In this document: one piece after another, positions 38,373 through 52,251 of the stretch
How the letters are laid out: every line of letters starts with the position of its first letter
Numbering within the stretch: position 1 is the first letter of the stretch
Source: Lama glama
Taxonomy: Eukaryota
Assembly (NCBI GenBank): GCA_028534125.1
Contig: CM052816.1
Span: forward strand, 29,204,001-29,268,000
Reading direction: 5' to 3'
Length of the DNA stretch: 64,000 nucleotides
The notes under the pieces: model-generated
The model's input: only the letters and a program-made list of their open reading frames with translations
Told to the model about the DNA's origin: nothing
The model's database searches: none
Program-made: the position numbers and the translations under genes

Positions 38373-38477
38373 CAAAACGTAATTGGGAGGAGTACTGGAA
38401 ATGATGGGATAATGATAACTAGAGAAGATCCATGATTATTATATAAACATAGAACTTTACTCAGAAATAAGGCAAAT

Positions 38478-39781
38478 CCATAAGTAAAACAAAAAGACAA
38501 CCTATGTAATGGGAAAAAATTTTTGCAAATGAAACCGACAAAGGTTTGATCTCCAGAATATATAAGCAGCTCATACAACTCAATAAGAAAAAAATAAACA
38601 ATCCAATCCAAAAATGGGCAGAAGACCTAAACAAGCAATTCTCCAAGNNNNNNNNNNNNNNNNNNNNNNNNNNNNNNNNNNNNNNNNNNNNNNNNNNNNN
38701 NNNNNNNNNNNNNNNNNNNNNNNNNNNNNNNNNNNNNNNNNNNNNNNNNNNNNNNNNNNNNNNNNNNNNNNNNNNNNNNNNNNNNNNNNNNNNNNNNNNN
38801 NNNNNNNNNNNNNNNNNNNNNNNNNNNNNNNNNNNNNNNNNNNNNNNNNNNNNNNNNNNNNNNNNNNNNNNNNNNNNNNNNNNNNNNNNNNNNNNNNNNN
38901 NNNNNNNNNNNNNNNNNNNNNNNNNNNNNNNNNNNNNNNNNNNNNNNNNNNNNNNNNNNNNNNNNNNNNNNNNNNNNNNNNNNNNNNNNNNNNNNNNNNN
39001 NNNNNNNNNNNNNNNNNNNNNNNNNNNNNNNNNNNNNNNNNNNNNNNNNNNNNNNNNNNNNNNNNNNNNNNNNNNNNNNNNNNNNNNNNNNNNNNNNNNN
39101 NNNNNNNNNNNNNNNNNNNNNNNNNNNNNNNNNNNNNNNNNNNNNNNTACCATATGACCCAGGAATCCTGCTCCTGGGCATACATCCAGAAGGAACCCTA
39201 CTTCAAGATGACACCTGAACCCCAATGTTCATAGCAGCACTATTTACAATAGCCAAGACATGGAAACAGCCTAAATGTCCATCAACAGATGACTGGATAA
39301 AGAATAGGTGGTACATTTATACAATGGAATACTACTCACCATAAAACCAACAACATAACGCCATTTGCAGCAACATGGATGCTCCTGGAGAATGTCATTC
39401 TAAGTGAAGTAAGCCAGAAAGAGAAAGAAAAATACCATATGAGATAGCTCATATGTAGAACCTAAAAACAAACAAACAAACAAAGCATAAATACAAAACA
39501 GAAATAGACTCACAGACATAGAATATAAACTTGTGGTTGCCAAGGGGGTTGGGAGTGGGAAGAGATAGCCTGGGATTTCAAAATTGTAGAATATATAAAC
39601 AAGATTATACTGTATAGCACAGGGAAATATACACAAGATCTTACGGTAGCTCACAGAGAAAAAAATGTGACAATGAATATATATATATGTTCATGTATAA
39701 CTGAAAAATTGTGCTGTACACTGGAATTTGACACAACATTGTAAAATGATTATAAATCAATAAAAATGTTTAAAAAAAAAG
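38478..39781 (+). mobile_element. Young L1 (ORF2 end and 3'UTR) spanning an assembly gap
   Basis: [34 protein letters not shown]-tail, TSD AAGGCAAAT at 38469-38477 and 39782-39790. Confidence 0.92.
38648..39147. other. Assembly gap (500 N)
   Basis: Read directly. Confidence 1.
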
Positions 39782-40538
39782 AAGGCAAATATATAACAAG
39801 GTATTATTCATACTCATGATCTCTTGACTCACGTGGGTCTGGTATCATTTCAGCTGAATTCAAATACTTCAAAATTACACAATTAATAAAAATCTTTTCC
39901 ACCACACCTGCTAACATGACCCCTGGCAACTGCCACCAATTCAATATGAGCTAATTTGTGTTTGTACTCTCTTTTGGTCATTTTTTTAAATTAACCGATA
40001 GTTGCAGGCAGCCAGGACACAGAGGTTAGCCAGCTGCATTGCTTTGAGGACCTCTTCCTGGATGCTGGACCAAGACATTTCTCTAGGGTAAGAGAACCCT
40101 CCAGTGAGAGAAGGCTCCCAGAAGTTTCAAGGGAAGTGGTTTATCTGTCACATGGTCCTACCAACATTATCCTCCAGGCTGCGGGGCACTGATTCTTGGC
40201 TACAAAGTTCTTTAAACCTAGTTCTTACAGGCATGTAAATGATTCATAAAGGAGCTCAGAATGGCTGAGAACTTCCTGCAGCCATAAGCACTTAGCCCTT
40301 TTGGGGACCAGACTCCTAAAGTGAAATCTTTGGGTGTCAATTAGAGCTAAGCCAATAGTGAAACTCCTCCTGCCCTGGAACAACCCTCATTGAGTTTTGT
40401 TCTCTAGAAGCCTACTGGGCACTGTATGTCAGCCAACTCTGTCTGAAAAGGACACAGTTGAAGCCTACACTTGTGTTTCCCATGAGCATCATTTTTATGC
40501 GCCCCGCCCAAAAGCATATGAATTACAAATGATCCCCA

Positions 40539-40629
40539 GGGAGGAGGGAAATAGCTCAGTGGTAGAGTGCATGCCTAACATGCATCAAGTCCTGGATTCA
40601 ATCCCCCCGTACCTCCATAAAAAACAAAA
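40539..40629 (+). mobile_element. tRNA-derived SINE (Vic-1-like)
   Basis: TAGCTCAGTGGTAGAGTGCATGCC...GGATTCAATCCC, A tail, AAATGATC on both flanks. Confidence 0.87.
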
Positions 40630-42084
40630 AAATGATCTGCATAAACATGAAGTCATGTTTTTCTCTAACAGCTCAAGGAAAGGGTATAATGCCAAGACTA
40701 AAAAGGCCCTGTTCCCATCCTCAGATTCCCCTCCACACCCAGAGCTCCAGCCCAAAGTAATGCAATGACTGCCGCTCTAGGAGGGCAATGTGATGGCTGA
40801 GTGGAGAGCCTCCGGGTTAGCCTTAGCTCAATAAAGTCGACCCAGCAAAAACAAGGACACTCACTCATCAGTGAGGTAATACATAAACAGAATTTTCCTC
40901 ATGGCTTAAAAAAGATACTCCCATGCACCCCATCTCAAGAATTTAGGAAGGAGTCAATATAGCCAACTTTCAGGTTAAGGAAAGAAATCCATGAAACAAG
41001 GTGGAAAAATATATCTGAGAAGAAAAAATTTTTAAAGAGGGTGTTTATTTAAGGCCATATAAGGGTTTTTCCTGTTTACATTTAACATTAAACACTTGGA
41101 AGGTTAAACTTTCAGAGCAAGAACTGTAGTCACCTAGAAGCAGCTGATTATACTTTAAAGAACTTGACCCTCTCACGGGTCTTCAAGGACACCAATCGTC
41201 ATGTCAAGCCCTGTTCTTTATCTTGAAAGGAGGCTAGAGACATTAAGAATCAACTCTATAAAATGGCACTCTGTCACAGCCTACCCATCAGCCCTCAGGG
41301 AAGCTAGAAAGACACAAAGAGCAGACCCTAGTCTGAAAAAGACAGACGGGAAGGGGCATCTCAAATTTCATGGCAAGTTCACTTTGCAGGAAAACAGGAA
41401 GTAGGCTGTGATGAAGGGCTGCAGGTAGTAAGTTATTACAGGCTGGGGTCCCACAACTGATTTCTCTCCTCTCTCTCTGCTCTTATTCCCTTTCTCCTCC
41501 CATCCTCCTCCCTTTCCCTGCAGGATGCAGATAATTCACAAGCGCCCCTAGATGCAGGCCCCCATAATCATTTGTTTATGTCTTTTCTAATGGTCTGAGT
41601 TAACAAGAATCTGGGGTTTTTCTCAACCACTTCAACACATGGGACCAAAAAAGAAAATTGACGCTTACAATTTCGGTCAATGGTCTTTCCACAGTTAAAT
41701 GTGTTTTCTTCAGTCTTGTGCTGCTACTTAAAAGAGCCAATTCTACAGAAAATTGTCGCTCTGGAGAAAGTGCTGTGATTTCCAGTATGAGGGTAAGAGA
41801 GCACCTTAAGGCAATCAATCCCAAAGGAGCAAAATACGCCGGCACGCAAGGGTCAGAGCACCCAGAACTGCAGCCATCTCCCCTCCACCAAGATGCTCCA
41901 GGTAGACAGAGGGAGAGCCTCGTTGGAAGAAAATATGGGGAAGAGGAATTCAGCCACAAAAAGCACCTATGCACCATCTTGATACCAAAGAAGAAGTTAA
42001 GATAATATCATTTCAGAGATGAAAGGAAGAGTTTTAAGTTGTCAGACCCAACTTTCCTAACTTTAATGTTTTTCTACAATAGAC

Positions 42085-42245
42085 TCTCTCAGGCCTGGAA
42101 GCATATTGGAATCACCTGGGGAGCTTTAAGACTTAAAGCTTTCAGCTGGTCCCATGTGAAACTAATTAAATGAGACTGTGGGAAAGAGGCAAGCTCGGGG
42201 AGCTTCAAAGAACTCCCCAGATGATTCTAACGTGACAGGAGAGTA
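42085..42245. mobile_element. MER5-like hAT MITE
   Basis: catattggaatcacctggggagcttt...ctccccagatgattctaa. Confidence 0.65.
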
Positions 42246-42279
42246 GCTGGTGGACTTTGCCATCCCCACCTCGATCAAG

Positions 42280-42760
42280 CAGCCACACTTGGAACACCTC
42301 CCAGTGACAAGGAACTCACTACCTTCCATGGACACAGATTCCATCTGGGGACCATTCTGATTTGTGTAAGTTTCCCCAATGTTGAGGCTAAACCTGTGTT
42401 TCTGTACTGCCCACCAATTTGTCCTAGTTCTGCCCACAGCACCATGGAAATCTACACAATGCAGATATCGAATTCAGGAATGAAACACCTGGAGGAACTT
42501 CTCTGCTAGCTCAATTGACTGGCTGAGGGTAAATTTAATAAAACAAAATTCAACAGGCATCTGAGTCGTATCTTTTACTTGAGGCTAAGAAACTACGGCA
42601 CAAGGAGAGGATGGGAGAGAAAGCGCTTTAGCGGCAGGAGTTTTGTGATAGAATTCTAGGATGGGGAGGGAGGGTTGGGGGCGGTAACCCCACGTGAGTC
42701 ATCAGGGTGCTGTGGCTGCGGAAACCGCTCATGCCCCCGTTTGGCTGCATTCATAGACGC
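42280..42760. mobile_element. CR1/L3 relics (two pieces in opposite orientation)
   Basis: cagtgacaaggaactcactacctt..gtcctagttctgccc and tgtggctgc..ggctgcattcataga motifs. Confidence 0.5.
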
Positions 42761-42931
42761 GAGATCTTGAGTGACATACCTATAGGAGAGAAGGAAGATG
42801 ACCACACACTTCAACAGCGATAGAGAAAAACAGAGGAGAATGAACCCAACAGTGGAAGATTTTCAAATGTTTCAAATAAAGAACTGTTGGGGGAAAGGAA
42901 ATGAAAAAGACAGTATTAAAATGAGGACTCA

Positions 42932-43795
42932 ACCATAAAAAGAAATAAAATAATGCCATTTACAGCAACATGGGTGGACCTAGAGATCATCATTCTAAGG
43001 GAAGTAAGCCAGAAAGGGAAAGAAAAATACCATATGATATAACTCTTATGTGGAATCTAAAGAAAAAGGAAAGGAAAAAAAGGACACTATGAACTCATCT
43101 ACAAAACAGAAACAGACTCACAGACATAGTAGACAATCTTTTTTTTTTTAATTGAGTTATAGTCAGTTTACAGTGTTGTGTCACTTTCCAGTGTAGAGCA
43201 GTTTTTCACTTGTACATAAACACACATATATTTATTGTCAGATTCTTTCTCACTGTGAGCTACCACAAGATCCTGTATATGTTTCCCTGTGCTATATAGT
43301 ATAATCTTGTTTATCTATTCTACATATGCCTGTCAGTATCTACAAATTTCAAACGCCCAGTCTGTCCCTTCCTACCACCCTCCCCTCCAGCAACCACAAG
43401 TTTGTATTCTATGTCTATGAGACTGTTTCTATTTTATATTTATGTTCATTTGTCTTTTTCTTTTTCTTTCTTTCTTTTTAGATTCCACATATGAGTGATC
43501 TCATATGGTACATAGTAAACAATCTTATGGTTACCAGAGAAAGGGGGTGGGAAGGGATAAATTTGAGAGTTTGAGATTTACAAACGTTAGCCACTATATA
43601 CAAAAACAGATTTTAAAATAAGTTTCTACTGTATAGCACAGGGAACTATATTCAATATCTTGCAATAACCTTTAATGGAAAAAATCTGAAACGAATATAT
43701 GTATGTATATGCATGACTTTTGCTGTACACCAGAAATTGACACATTGTGACTGATGGTACTTCAATTATAAATAAACAAAATAAAATATAATAAA
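42932..43795 (+). mobile_element. L1 3' end hosting a nested antisense L1
   Basis: 3'UTR sequence is colinear on either side of the insert. Confidence 0.9.
43141..43509 (-). mobile_element. Nested younger L1 3' end
   Basis: Poly-T start. 17-bp TSD ACATAGTARACAATCTT at 43124-43140 and 43510-43526. Confidence 0.9.
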
Positions 43796-44049
43796 ATGAG
43801 GAAGAAGAAACTACCATTTGAGTCTATGCTCCGTGCCAGATGCCCCACATCCATCACTTCAGATAATCATCAAGACAGCCTCCCAAGTTACCTGATTATC
43901 TAATGGGAAGATGTTTACATGGCGTCAAGGGATAAAACTAGGAAGAAGGGGTGGATTTGAAGCTTTAAAAAACAGATAGCTTCAACTTTTTTTCCTTTCC
44001 TTTTCTTCTTGGGTCTCCTTTGGAGACTAAGGTAATTACACTCCTCTGT

Positions 44050-45240
44050 TCGTGGGACTCCATTCATTGGTACATACAGATTTCTCCTTTATTTATTCAT
44101 TAACTTCTTTGTTTATTTACATGTATATCTTCAATTCACCATGGCCCACTGGCATGTCTCTCTCTCTTCGTAGACAACAATGTATATTCTCTTATTTGTG
44201 ATGTTCTTTAAAATTTTGTATGTATTTTTAAAATTTTCTTTTCCTGTACTTTGCCATCTTCCACTAACGTTTGCACCTTTTTCTTGTGAATTTGCAATAG
44301 TTTTCAGATATCAGTCCTTTGTTAGCATTAGCACTTTATTCATAGTCTATTAACATTCACATTTTTGTAATAACATTGCCCAGATGTAATCAAAATCAAC
44401 TTTTTTTTTCTGAATGATTTCATTTTTGCGTTTCTATTTAATAAATCCTTCCTCACCTTAAGGTCACAAAGAAATTCTCCTACATTTTCTTCTAATTTGA
44501 CTGTTTAGTTTAAACATTCACATTTACATCTTTAATTCATCTGAAATCTGGCTTAGTATATGGTGTTAGGACAAGATCAATCTTATTTTTTTCCATGTAA
44601 TGAGCCTGTTTATCCAGTAGCATCTACTACACAATCCTGTGTAAATTCTCACTGACTTGTGATACCACTTTTAAATTAATTTCCAACATATGTACAAGTC
44701 TCTTGTTGAGCTCTCTATTCTGATTCACTGATCTATTTGTCCTTGTACCAATATCATACTATTTTCATTACTATGTCTTTGTAGTATGTCTTAATATCTG
44801 CCAGGGAATGTTACCCCATTTACTTTTCTTTTGCAAGACTGGCTTACTATGAAACAGTTCTGGAGACCTGCTTTACAACATGAGCTTATAGTTAGCAATA
44901 CTGTACCGTACATTTGTTATGAGCATAAATCTCATGTGTTTACCACAATTTTTAACAAGAGATTGACTTACTATTTGTGGACTTCCGTTATTCTGTATAA
45001 ATTTTCAAGTAAAGGCTATCAAGTTCATCAAAAAATCCAACTGGAACTTTTATTAGGATTGAATTCAAATTATAGGTAATTTAGGAAAAACTGCATCTTC
45101 ACTATATTAGTCATTTTATCCAAGAGCGTGAAATGTTCTTCCATTTACTTAGCTCATCTTCTATGCCCTTTATTTACGTTTAAATTTTTTCTCCACAGAG
45201 CATGTACATATGCATGGATGAGTTAATTCCAAGATACAGT
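44050..45240 (-). mobile_element. Old L1 ORF2 relic
   Basis: T-rich antisense L1 motifs (ttctcctacattttcttcta, ctctattctgattcactgatctatttgtc, ggattgaattcaaattatagg). Confidence 0.7.
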
Positions 45241-46356
45241 CTGTCTTGCAGAAATTTCTATATATAGACTGATAGACAAAAGATATCAGTATAACAGAGA
45301 AGCCTCTTGTTAATATGACATTTTCTTAACATGTTCATATCCTGTGTTATCCAGCAACAGCCACTGGCCCCTCCAGTCAAAACTCTTCACTATTTTGGTC
45401 TTTCCTCCATTTGCTTCAAGTCCCCGATAACCAGTACCTTCCAAGAACTCAGTCTGTAACCTCAGCACCACAGATCCGAAGTCCCTGTTTCTTCCCAGCT
45501 GGTGGTTGTTCACCTCCCCAGTTGAGTGGCTCAAGCAAATCATGTTGTCAGGGAATGCCCCAGAGAAGGAGATTTCAACTCAGTCCAAGGAAGGACTTTC
45601 TGACCCAGCTGTCCTAGGAGGAGGTGTTGCACTCCCCTTCTCTGTGCCTCAGTTTCTTCTAATCAGGAAGTCCTGGTGTGACACTCAATCCCCACCACCA
45701 CCCAAGGTCTCCAATCCTGAGTACATGGAGCTTTCTCTCATCTGCTAGGGAGGTAAGGAAGGAGGGAAAGTTTGGAACCTGGCACCTTTGTGGCACATCT
45801 TTGGACAAAGTGGGCATCACCCTGGCTCCAAAGTCCTCCAGGTACTGAGGGAGCCAACCATCCCAGCAGAGGGCTGCACTCACATATATACTGTGACTCT
45901 TATTACTCTAGACCCAAAAAATGAGTCAGGCAGATTTATTCTCCTCTGTTGTATGGAATATCCAGTATGAGTTAGAAATCAACTCTTTCTTAAAAATTTC
46001 TTAGAACTTACTTGTAAAACAATCTGAGCTCAGGGTTCCAGGAAGAAGTTGCTGAATGCCATTTGAATTTATTTAATATTTATGGTTCTACTTAAGTTCT
46101 CTCTATTTGTACTAGTTGTGACATTTTTTATTTTCCAAGGAATGATTCCACTTCATTTACATTTTAAGTTCATGCACGTATTGTTCTTTATAGTAGAGTA
46201 AAAGCCATAACTGGATAAGTAGAATACAAACTTCAAAAAATCGGTCACGTGAGCGAAGAGATGTTTAACTGCGAAGCTAATGAAAAGTCCAGGAGAAGCT
46301 TCTACAACCTGGGGCCAAAAGTTGCGAAGTTGCATAGTTCAAATTCATCCTGGATT

Positions 46357-46375
46357 GTGGTGCCATCTAGTGGTA
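46357..46375 (-). promoter_or_regulatory. CTCF core motif (CCACTAGATGGCAC)
   Basis: Reverse complement of gtgccatctagtgg fits the CCASYAGRKGGCR consensus without mismatch. Confidence 0.6.
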
Positions 46376-46769
46376 ATTGTTCATTGGGCTCAGTATACAT
46401 TGTAATCATTCTGGGACCCACAGCTGGCCGAAAGTTTCAGATCACTGGCAGAAATTCTAGGAATTTCCAAATACTGCAGATTTGGGCTAAATCTGCAGTG
46501 ACCCTCCCAGAAAAGATGAAAACATAAGCCCACAGCCTTTTGAGCACATGGGGAGGATACAACATCACTCCTGATATATATCAAGTTCATATTATTGTTT
46601 CTGTAATCTTTTTTCTTTTTAATATTCCTATTATACCTGTATTTATTTGACCATTGTCTTTCTGTATATTTAATTTTATCTACTTTCTTTTTCCTAAACA
46701 TTTTCATTCGTTTGTCGATCTCATTTATCTAGTCAAAGAAACAACCTTTGATTGTTAATTTGTGTTTCT

Positions 46770-47632
46770 TACTGAGCTATAAATGGTTTTGTATTCATAT
46801 ACCAAACTGACCCTTTTAAAGTGTGCAATTCATTGGTCTTCAGTATATTCACAAGAATGTGCAACTTCTATTACTAACTTCAGAACATTTTCATTACCCC
46901 AAAAGGAGCAGCTATACCCATTAGTCATCATTTCTCATTCCCCCAGTGATCCGCATTCTGTCTCTATGAATTTCCTACCTGAATCGATAAGAAATGGAAT
47001 CATGCAATATGTAGCCTTTTATGGCTAGCTTCTTTCACCTAGCATGATGTTTTCAAGGCTCATCCACATTGTAGTAGATATCAGTGCCTCTTCTTATTTT
47101 ATGGAATGGATGGAATGTTATTCCATTGCATGGATATTTCATATCTTGTTCATCCATTCTTTAGCTGATGGACATTTGAGTTTCTCCTTTGGGGTCATAA
47201 TAAATCATACTGCTATGAAAAATTATGTATAAGTTCTTGTGTGGACATTTTTTCAGTTCTTCTGAATATATCACTAAGAGTCAGCTGGTTGGGTCATGTG
47301 GTAAATCTATGTTTAATTTTTTGAGGAACTGCCCAACATTTCCACAGTGGCTGTACCATTTTACAGCATCTTCATTCAGCAAGATGAAGGGTTTCAATTT
47401 CTCCACATTCTAGTGGGTGTGAAGAGGTATCTCAGTATTTTGATTTGAATTTCCCTAATGCCTGTTGATGTGGAGCATCTTTTCACATACTTATTGGCAT
47501 TTGTGTACATCTTCATTGGGGGAAATGTCTATTCAAAATCTTGGCCCATTTTTTAACTGGGTTATTGTCTCTTTATTGTTGAGTTGTAAGAGTTACTTAT
47601 ATATTCCGGATACTGGGCTTTTATCCACCAAC
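46770..47632 (-). mobile_element. L1MB/MD-like 3' end
   Basis: ttcacctagcatgatgttttcaaggctcatccacattgtag...tgaggaactgcc. Confidence 0.8.
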
Positions 47633-49799
47633 TCTGAACAATTTCTTTGGCCAAGATTTTATCTGGGAGAAGCAGCGCTGAGAGAAGGCAGTCTCCTGAG
47701 ACTGTAATCCACCAGCCCTGGGAATGTGGAGAGGCAGTACATGAGGAGGGGTACAGGTCAGCTTGCATTGTGTATAGCAACTGTTTACCCCTTGAAAGCT
47801 CTGGCATTGCCTGGATTTGGGGTTGGATCCCAAAACTGAAGATCTTTACTAAGATTTCTGCAATAAATCCCTATTCTGAATCCATGACCTTGAGGATATT
47901 CCCGATCCCCTCCGTACTTCATCTGTAAAGTGGAGATATTATCGTTGAAGCTTGTCATGAGGATTACACGATGTAACATATAGAAACACTTGGCTGAGAG
48001 CTGAAATATTAGATCGTCCTCCCCTCATTTTACTGTTTATTCCCAGGCTCTGCCTTCCAAAGTCTTAATGCCACATATTCTCACTGTTTAAATATAATGA
48101 AGGTTTTCTTCCCATACTGACTTTGGCCTGCTATGGGGCAGAGGTACTTTTGCCTGGTTAGATGTGTATGTTAGCTATATAAATATAATGTATATATGTA
48201 TTTATTTATCTATTGCCAGACTTCTAAGATGAGTTTATGTCCCACAAGGTTAATAACCAGCCCTAAGTTACAAGCTAGCCTTGTTTTCTGATTGCATTTC
48301 TGAATATGGTTTGTTGCTTACCGTTTATTTCCCATACGAGTTGCTGAATGGACTTTTACCCTGAAGCTTCATTTGTTAAAAAGAATATTAACATAAAGGA
48401 ATCCTCACTAGAGGATTAAGGAAGATCTATTACTCCATTTTTTCTAGACATCGAGTAGCAGAAAGCACACATTTTATCAAAAAGATTCAAGACTATTGTT
48501 TACAGAAATGACACATGGAAATGAGATTCACAATTTATTTCTAAAATATATAATGGGAAGAATAAGTCATGTAGTGGACATATGAGGAACCGAAGAATCC
48601 TTTTTAAGTCAGTGTCTGATATTACACCCAGCCTTCTAAAAATCGATTTCAGTCTTCACCATTTCGGGATAATCTGATAGGGAAGCTATTCAACCCAAAA
48701 GGATGCTCAGTAAGGAATAAGTAGCTCTGCATATACTATCTCTACAAGGGAAGGGGTAACTGCAAAAAATTAAGAGCCCCATTTCTCAAAGGTAAGGCAT
48801 CCCTAAGATGGTATTTTTAGTTTTGTGTATGGTTTCTCCCTTATGCATATAAAGGTTCTCATTTTCAAAAGCCTCGAGTTTGGCTTGAGGTAGTTTGTTT
48901 GCTCTTAATTTTGTATCCTTCTCATTTTGGTGTAATTCTGTGGAGCAGACAGAAAGATTACTCACCCTTCCTATGAGCATGGCTGCTGACTCTTCCTAAT
49001 GTAGCTTGGAGAAAAGGTGACAACAGTATGACTCTTCCATCCACACAGTAGCCTCTTAAATTCTGGTTACACTGATGAAGGAAAATATTCGTAAAATTCC
49101 ATACTCCAATTGGAATTCTTTACATTACCAAATGAATTAACCTTAGTGTGAAGAACAACTTTACATGCATTATGATTTGCAAGAGGGCCTTCACATTGAA
49201 TCTTTACACTATTTGATTCTCATCAGACTTGTTACACAACTGATCCAAGGCTAAAAATAACTTAAAGTCCCATGACTCTTACCCTGCTGATGGTGCCTCT
49301 GAGCTGTTACAGAGTTTAAAATGCAATTTCTGCAAATGAAAATTGCCTTTACTGAAATTCAACAATTTCATGGTAATTATCCATCCGTACTTACTTTTTA
49401 TATGCTTTCATTTGGATAAAATTTCATTGAGGATCATCAAATAGGTTTTCTTTGGGGCACAGTGATTTTCATAGTGTCAACTAATAACCATTAGTCAGGC
49501 ATGTGTCTTGGTGTTTCCCAGAATCACTCTTTTTTCCTTTTCCTTTTGAAGTCAGTACTTTACTTCTTAGGTTCAGGAATATTTTATATTGAAGAGGCAA
49601 GCTATGTCCCAGATTTTTAGAAAAAGAAATTTTGTTATTCAATCTGTGGCCATCTTTAGCCACCAAAACAGCCTCCTGTCCACTCATTCACTCCCTGAGA
49701 GCTTACAAACCAAGCTCTAATCTTCACCATGTCACCAAAAGTTCTTCTGGAAAAGTTCTTCTTCCCAGAAGACCTATTGCTGGGATCCACCAAAGGTGT

Positions 49800-49968
49800 G
49801 TAGACAGGTGGCCCTCCTATTTGAGCATGCATCGAAATCACCTCAAAACTTGTTACAATAAACTGCTGATGCAGCAGGTCTGACCTGGACCCAAGCATCT
49901 GCATTTCTAGCAAGTATGTGGGTGATGCTGATGCTGTTGGTTCAGTGACCATGATTTGAAAACCACTG
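49800..49968. mobile_element. MER5A-like MITE
   Basis: cccaagcatctgcatttctagcaag...gatgctgatgctgttggttc...tttgaaaaccactg. Confidence 0.7.
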
Positions 49969-52251
49969 CATCAATCACTGTGTGTTAACTCCCATTCTGG
50001 AAAGATACTACCTTTTCTCAACACATACCAACTTCAAAGATTAAAAAGGTCAACAAAACAGCTAAAATCTTTAAGAATTCGTTTACAGCATGCACCAACT
50101 CTTAAGAGATCCTGGATTGCATGATCACTTACTAAAGTCACTCCTACCGATTCTCTGCCCTCTTAGATTCTGAACCCTGTTCCCCTACCTAGATTTTCTA
50201 AATTTTCCAGAGTCTGCTTCACTACTAGATCATTGTTGCCCTTGTCTCAATATCACAGCATTATCGTTATTTATCTTCTGACTCAGATAAAAGCCCAATG
50301 AAGAAAACACTTGGCCCATTTTCTGAAGCCAGATGCAAACTGCTCACCAGGTCATGATTTTGCTAAAGCACTTCTAAGAGTTCAACATTTATTAGCAATT
50401 CAGTCAGTCCCTGTACATTTTAAAACATCTCCAAACTCAGAGGGAGGGAAAGTATCTGTTATTAGTATCGCAAATAATTTAATAGCTTGTGAGCAATTCT
50501 AAGAGGTAAAAACATATCCTCAGTGAGCTGATGACTGCAGCAGAGACAGCATAAGGGCAGGAGAGGCGATAATGTGGCTGGACTCACATCCCCCCTCACA
50601 GTCATTGTAATTTATTACTCCTCAGTCCCAGCTATTTACAAATACACTTGAAATATAGCTTAGGCTCTGTTAGAGTCTCTGGCCCAAAGCAGGTTTGCAC
50701 AAAGCACCATTATTTTGGTCATGGAGCAAAATTACGTACTGATTACCTATGTCTAATATCATATATGCGACACTTCAGGGAGCAGTCACAGGTAATCTGT
50801 ATTAAAAACAAAAACCCTTTTTGAATTATTTTCTCAATGTTAAATCTCAACACAATGATTTAAGACAATGCCAAAGCATTTTAACAACTACAATTAATTT
50901 GTGGTAAAGCACTAGGATTTAAAAACATCTTGTTAATACAAGGTAAAAACACCCTGTATTAGGTATTATTGATTGCCGGTTTCCCTTGTTCAGGCCCAGT
51001 CTCTTTAGAACAGAGTCGGAAAGGGAAATTCAATTGTTACCACATCCAAAATGAGGGGCCCATCCTAGCAGCTAACTGGATGGAAAACATATGTCAGCCA
51101 TGCTTACCACTGTCTGACTTGGCCCTCTAATTTACACTTGCCTTCTATGAAGCTCTAAGACCTCCCCCCCATCTCAGCTGGGGAAAGGACAGCCTCAGAC
51201 CGTAGAGTAATTAAATTCATTTCCATTGGCCAAATGTAACAGACAGGGTTCTTGCTGCAAAAGCACACCTCAGGGCTTTCCCCGTCTTGGGCACGAGAGG
51301 CCACAGAAGAGAAGAAGCCCTTCGCTGGTCCACACACAGATCAGAATGAGTTAGGAGCAGACTTGTCTGCTTTCCAGGCCCCTCCCCACCACCTTCTTGC
51401 CCTCTCATTAGGAAAAGTGCTCATATCACACTTCACACTTGTTGATTGATCACAGCCTCAGGGTAAATGAATGCCAATGCGTCGGCTCAACCAGGTGTTT
51501 ACTTTTATATATTTTACCACTGATTAGAGATTGAAATGTTTTCTCCTCTTTCTGTATTTTAACCATCAGCAAGTAGATGGAGTGTAAATTTGTAGGGAGC
51601 ACCTGAGAACCACTTTCTGGAAAAGGAGGGAAGTGGTGGGTAGGAGGCATGAGCAGAGGACAGTGACACCGCTTAGACACAGTCTTGGGGACTGGATCCC
51701 TTCCTTCCCCAGCAGGAATATCCCAACTCCCGTGCAGCCTCAGCCTGAACTGAGAGCATTTTCTCTCCTTTCCCACCTCTTGGCCCTACCCAGATGCCAG
51801 GCTCCTGGGCTCATTTGGACACATGCTTCTGGTTGTCGTAAGAACTGGAGAGTGGCTCTAGCATTTCCCAGACTTTCTTGTTCATCTTTTCAAACTGAGC
51901 AGAGGGTAGCAAGGGTCACTCTATCAAAGGCCTTCATTGGGTGAAGTGATAACCCTATGTGAGGAGCTTCTGATGAACAAAACTAGAACACAGCACAGGT
52001 CTGAGGCCACAGTAGAGCCTTTTACCTCAACCTGCTGTGTTCAGGAAGTTGGGGTGCTAGGAGAAGATATAACCTAAAATTAAGGCTACCAAGAGGTATG
52101 GACAGAGCAGACTGCTAACTAGGGGGGTGTGGGTGAACCAGCAGTGACTGCCATGTTTAACACAGGGTCCGTGACTGGAACCTAGCATATGAGTGGATCA
52201 AATGCAGTAGCTTTGCACTACAGCATGCACACGTACAAGGAGGCTATGCAA

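Noticed and set aside
38461..39234. Long ORFs of 184-254 aa
   Set aside because: Artefacts of the N gap within an L1.
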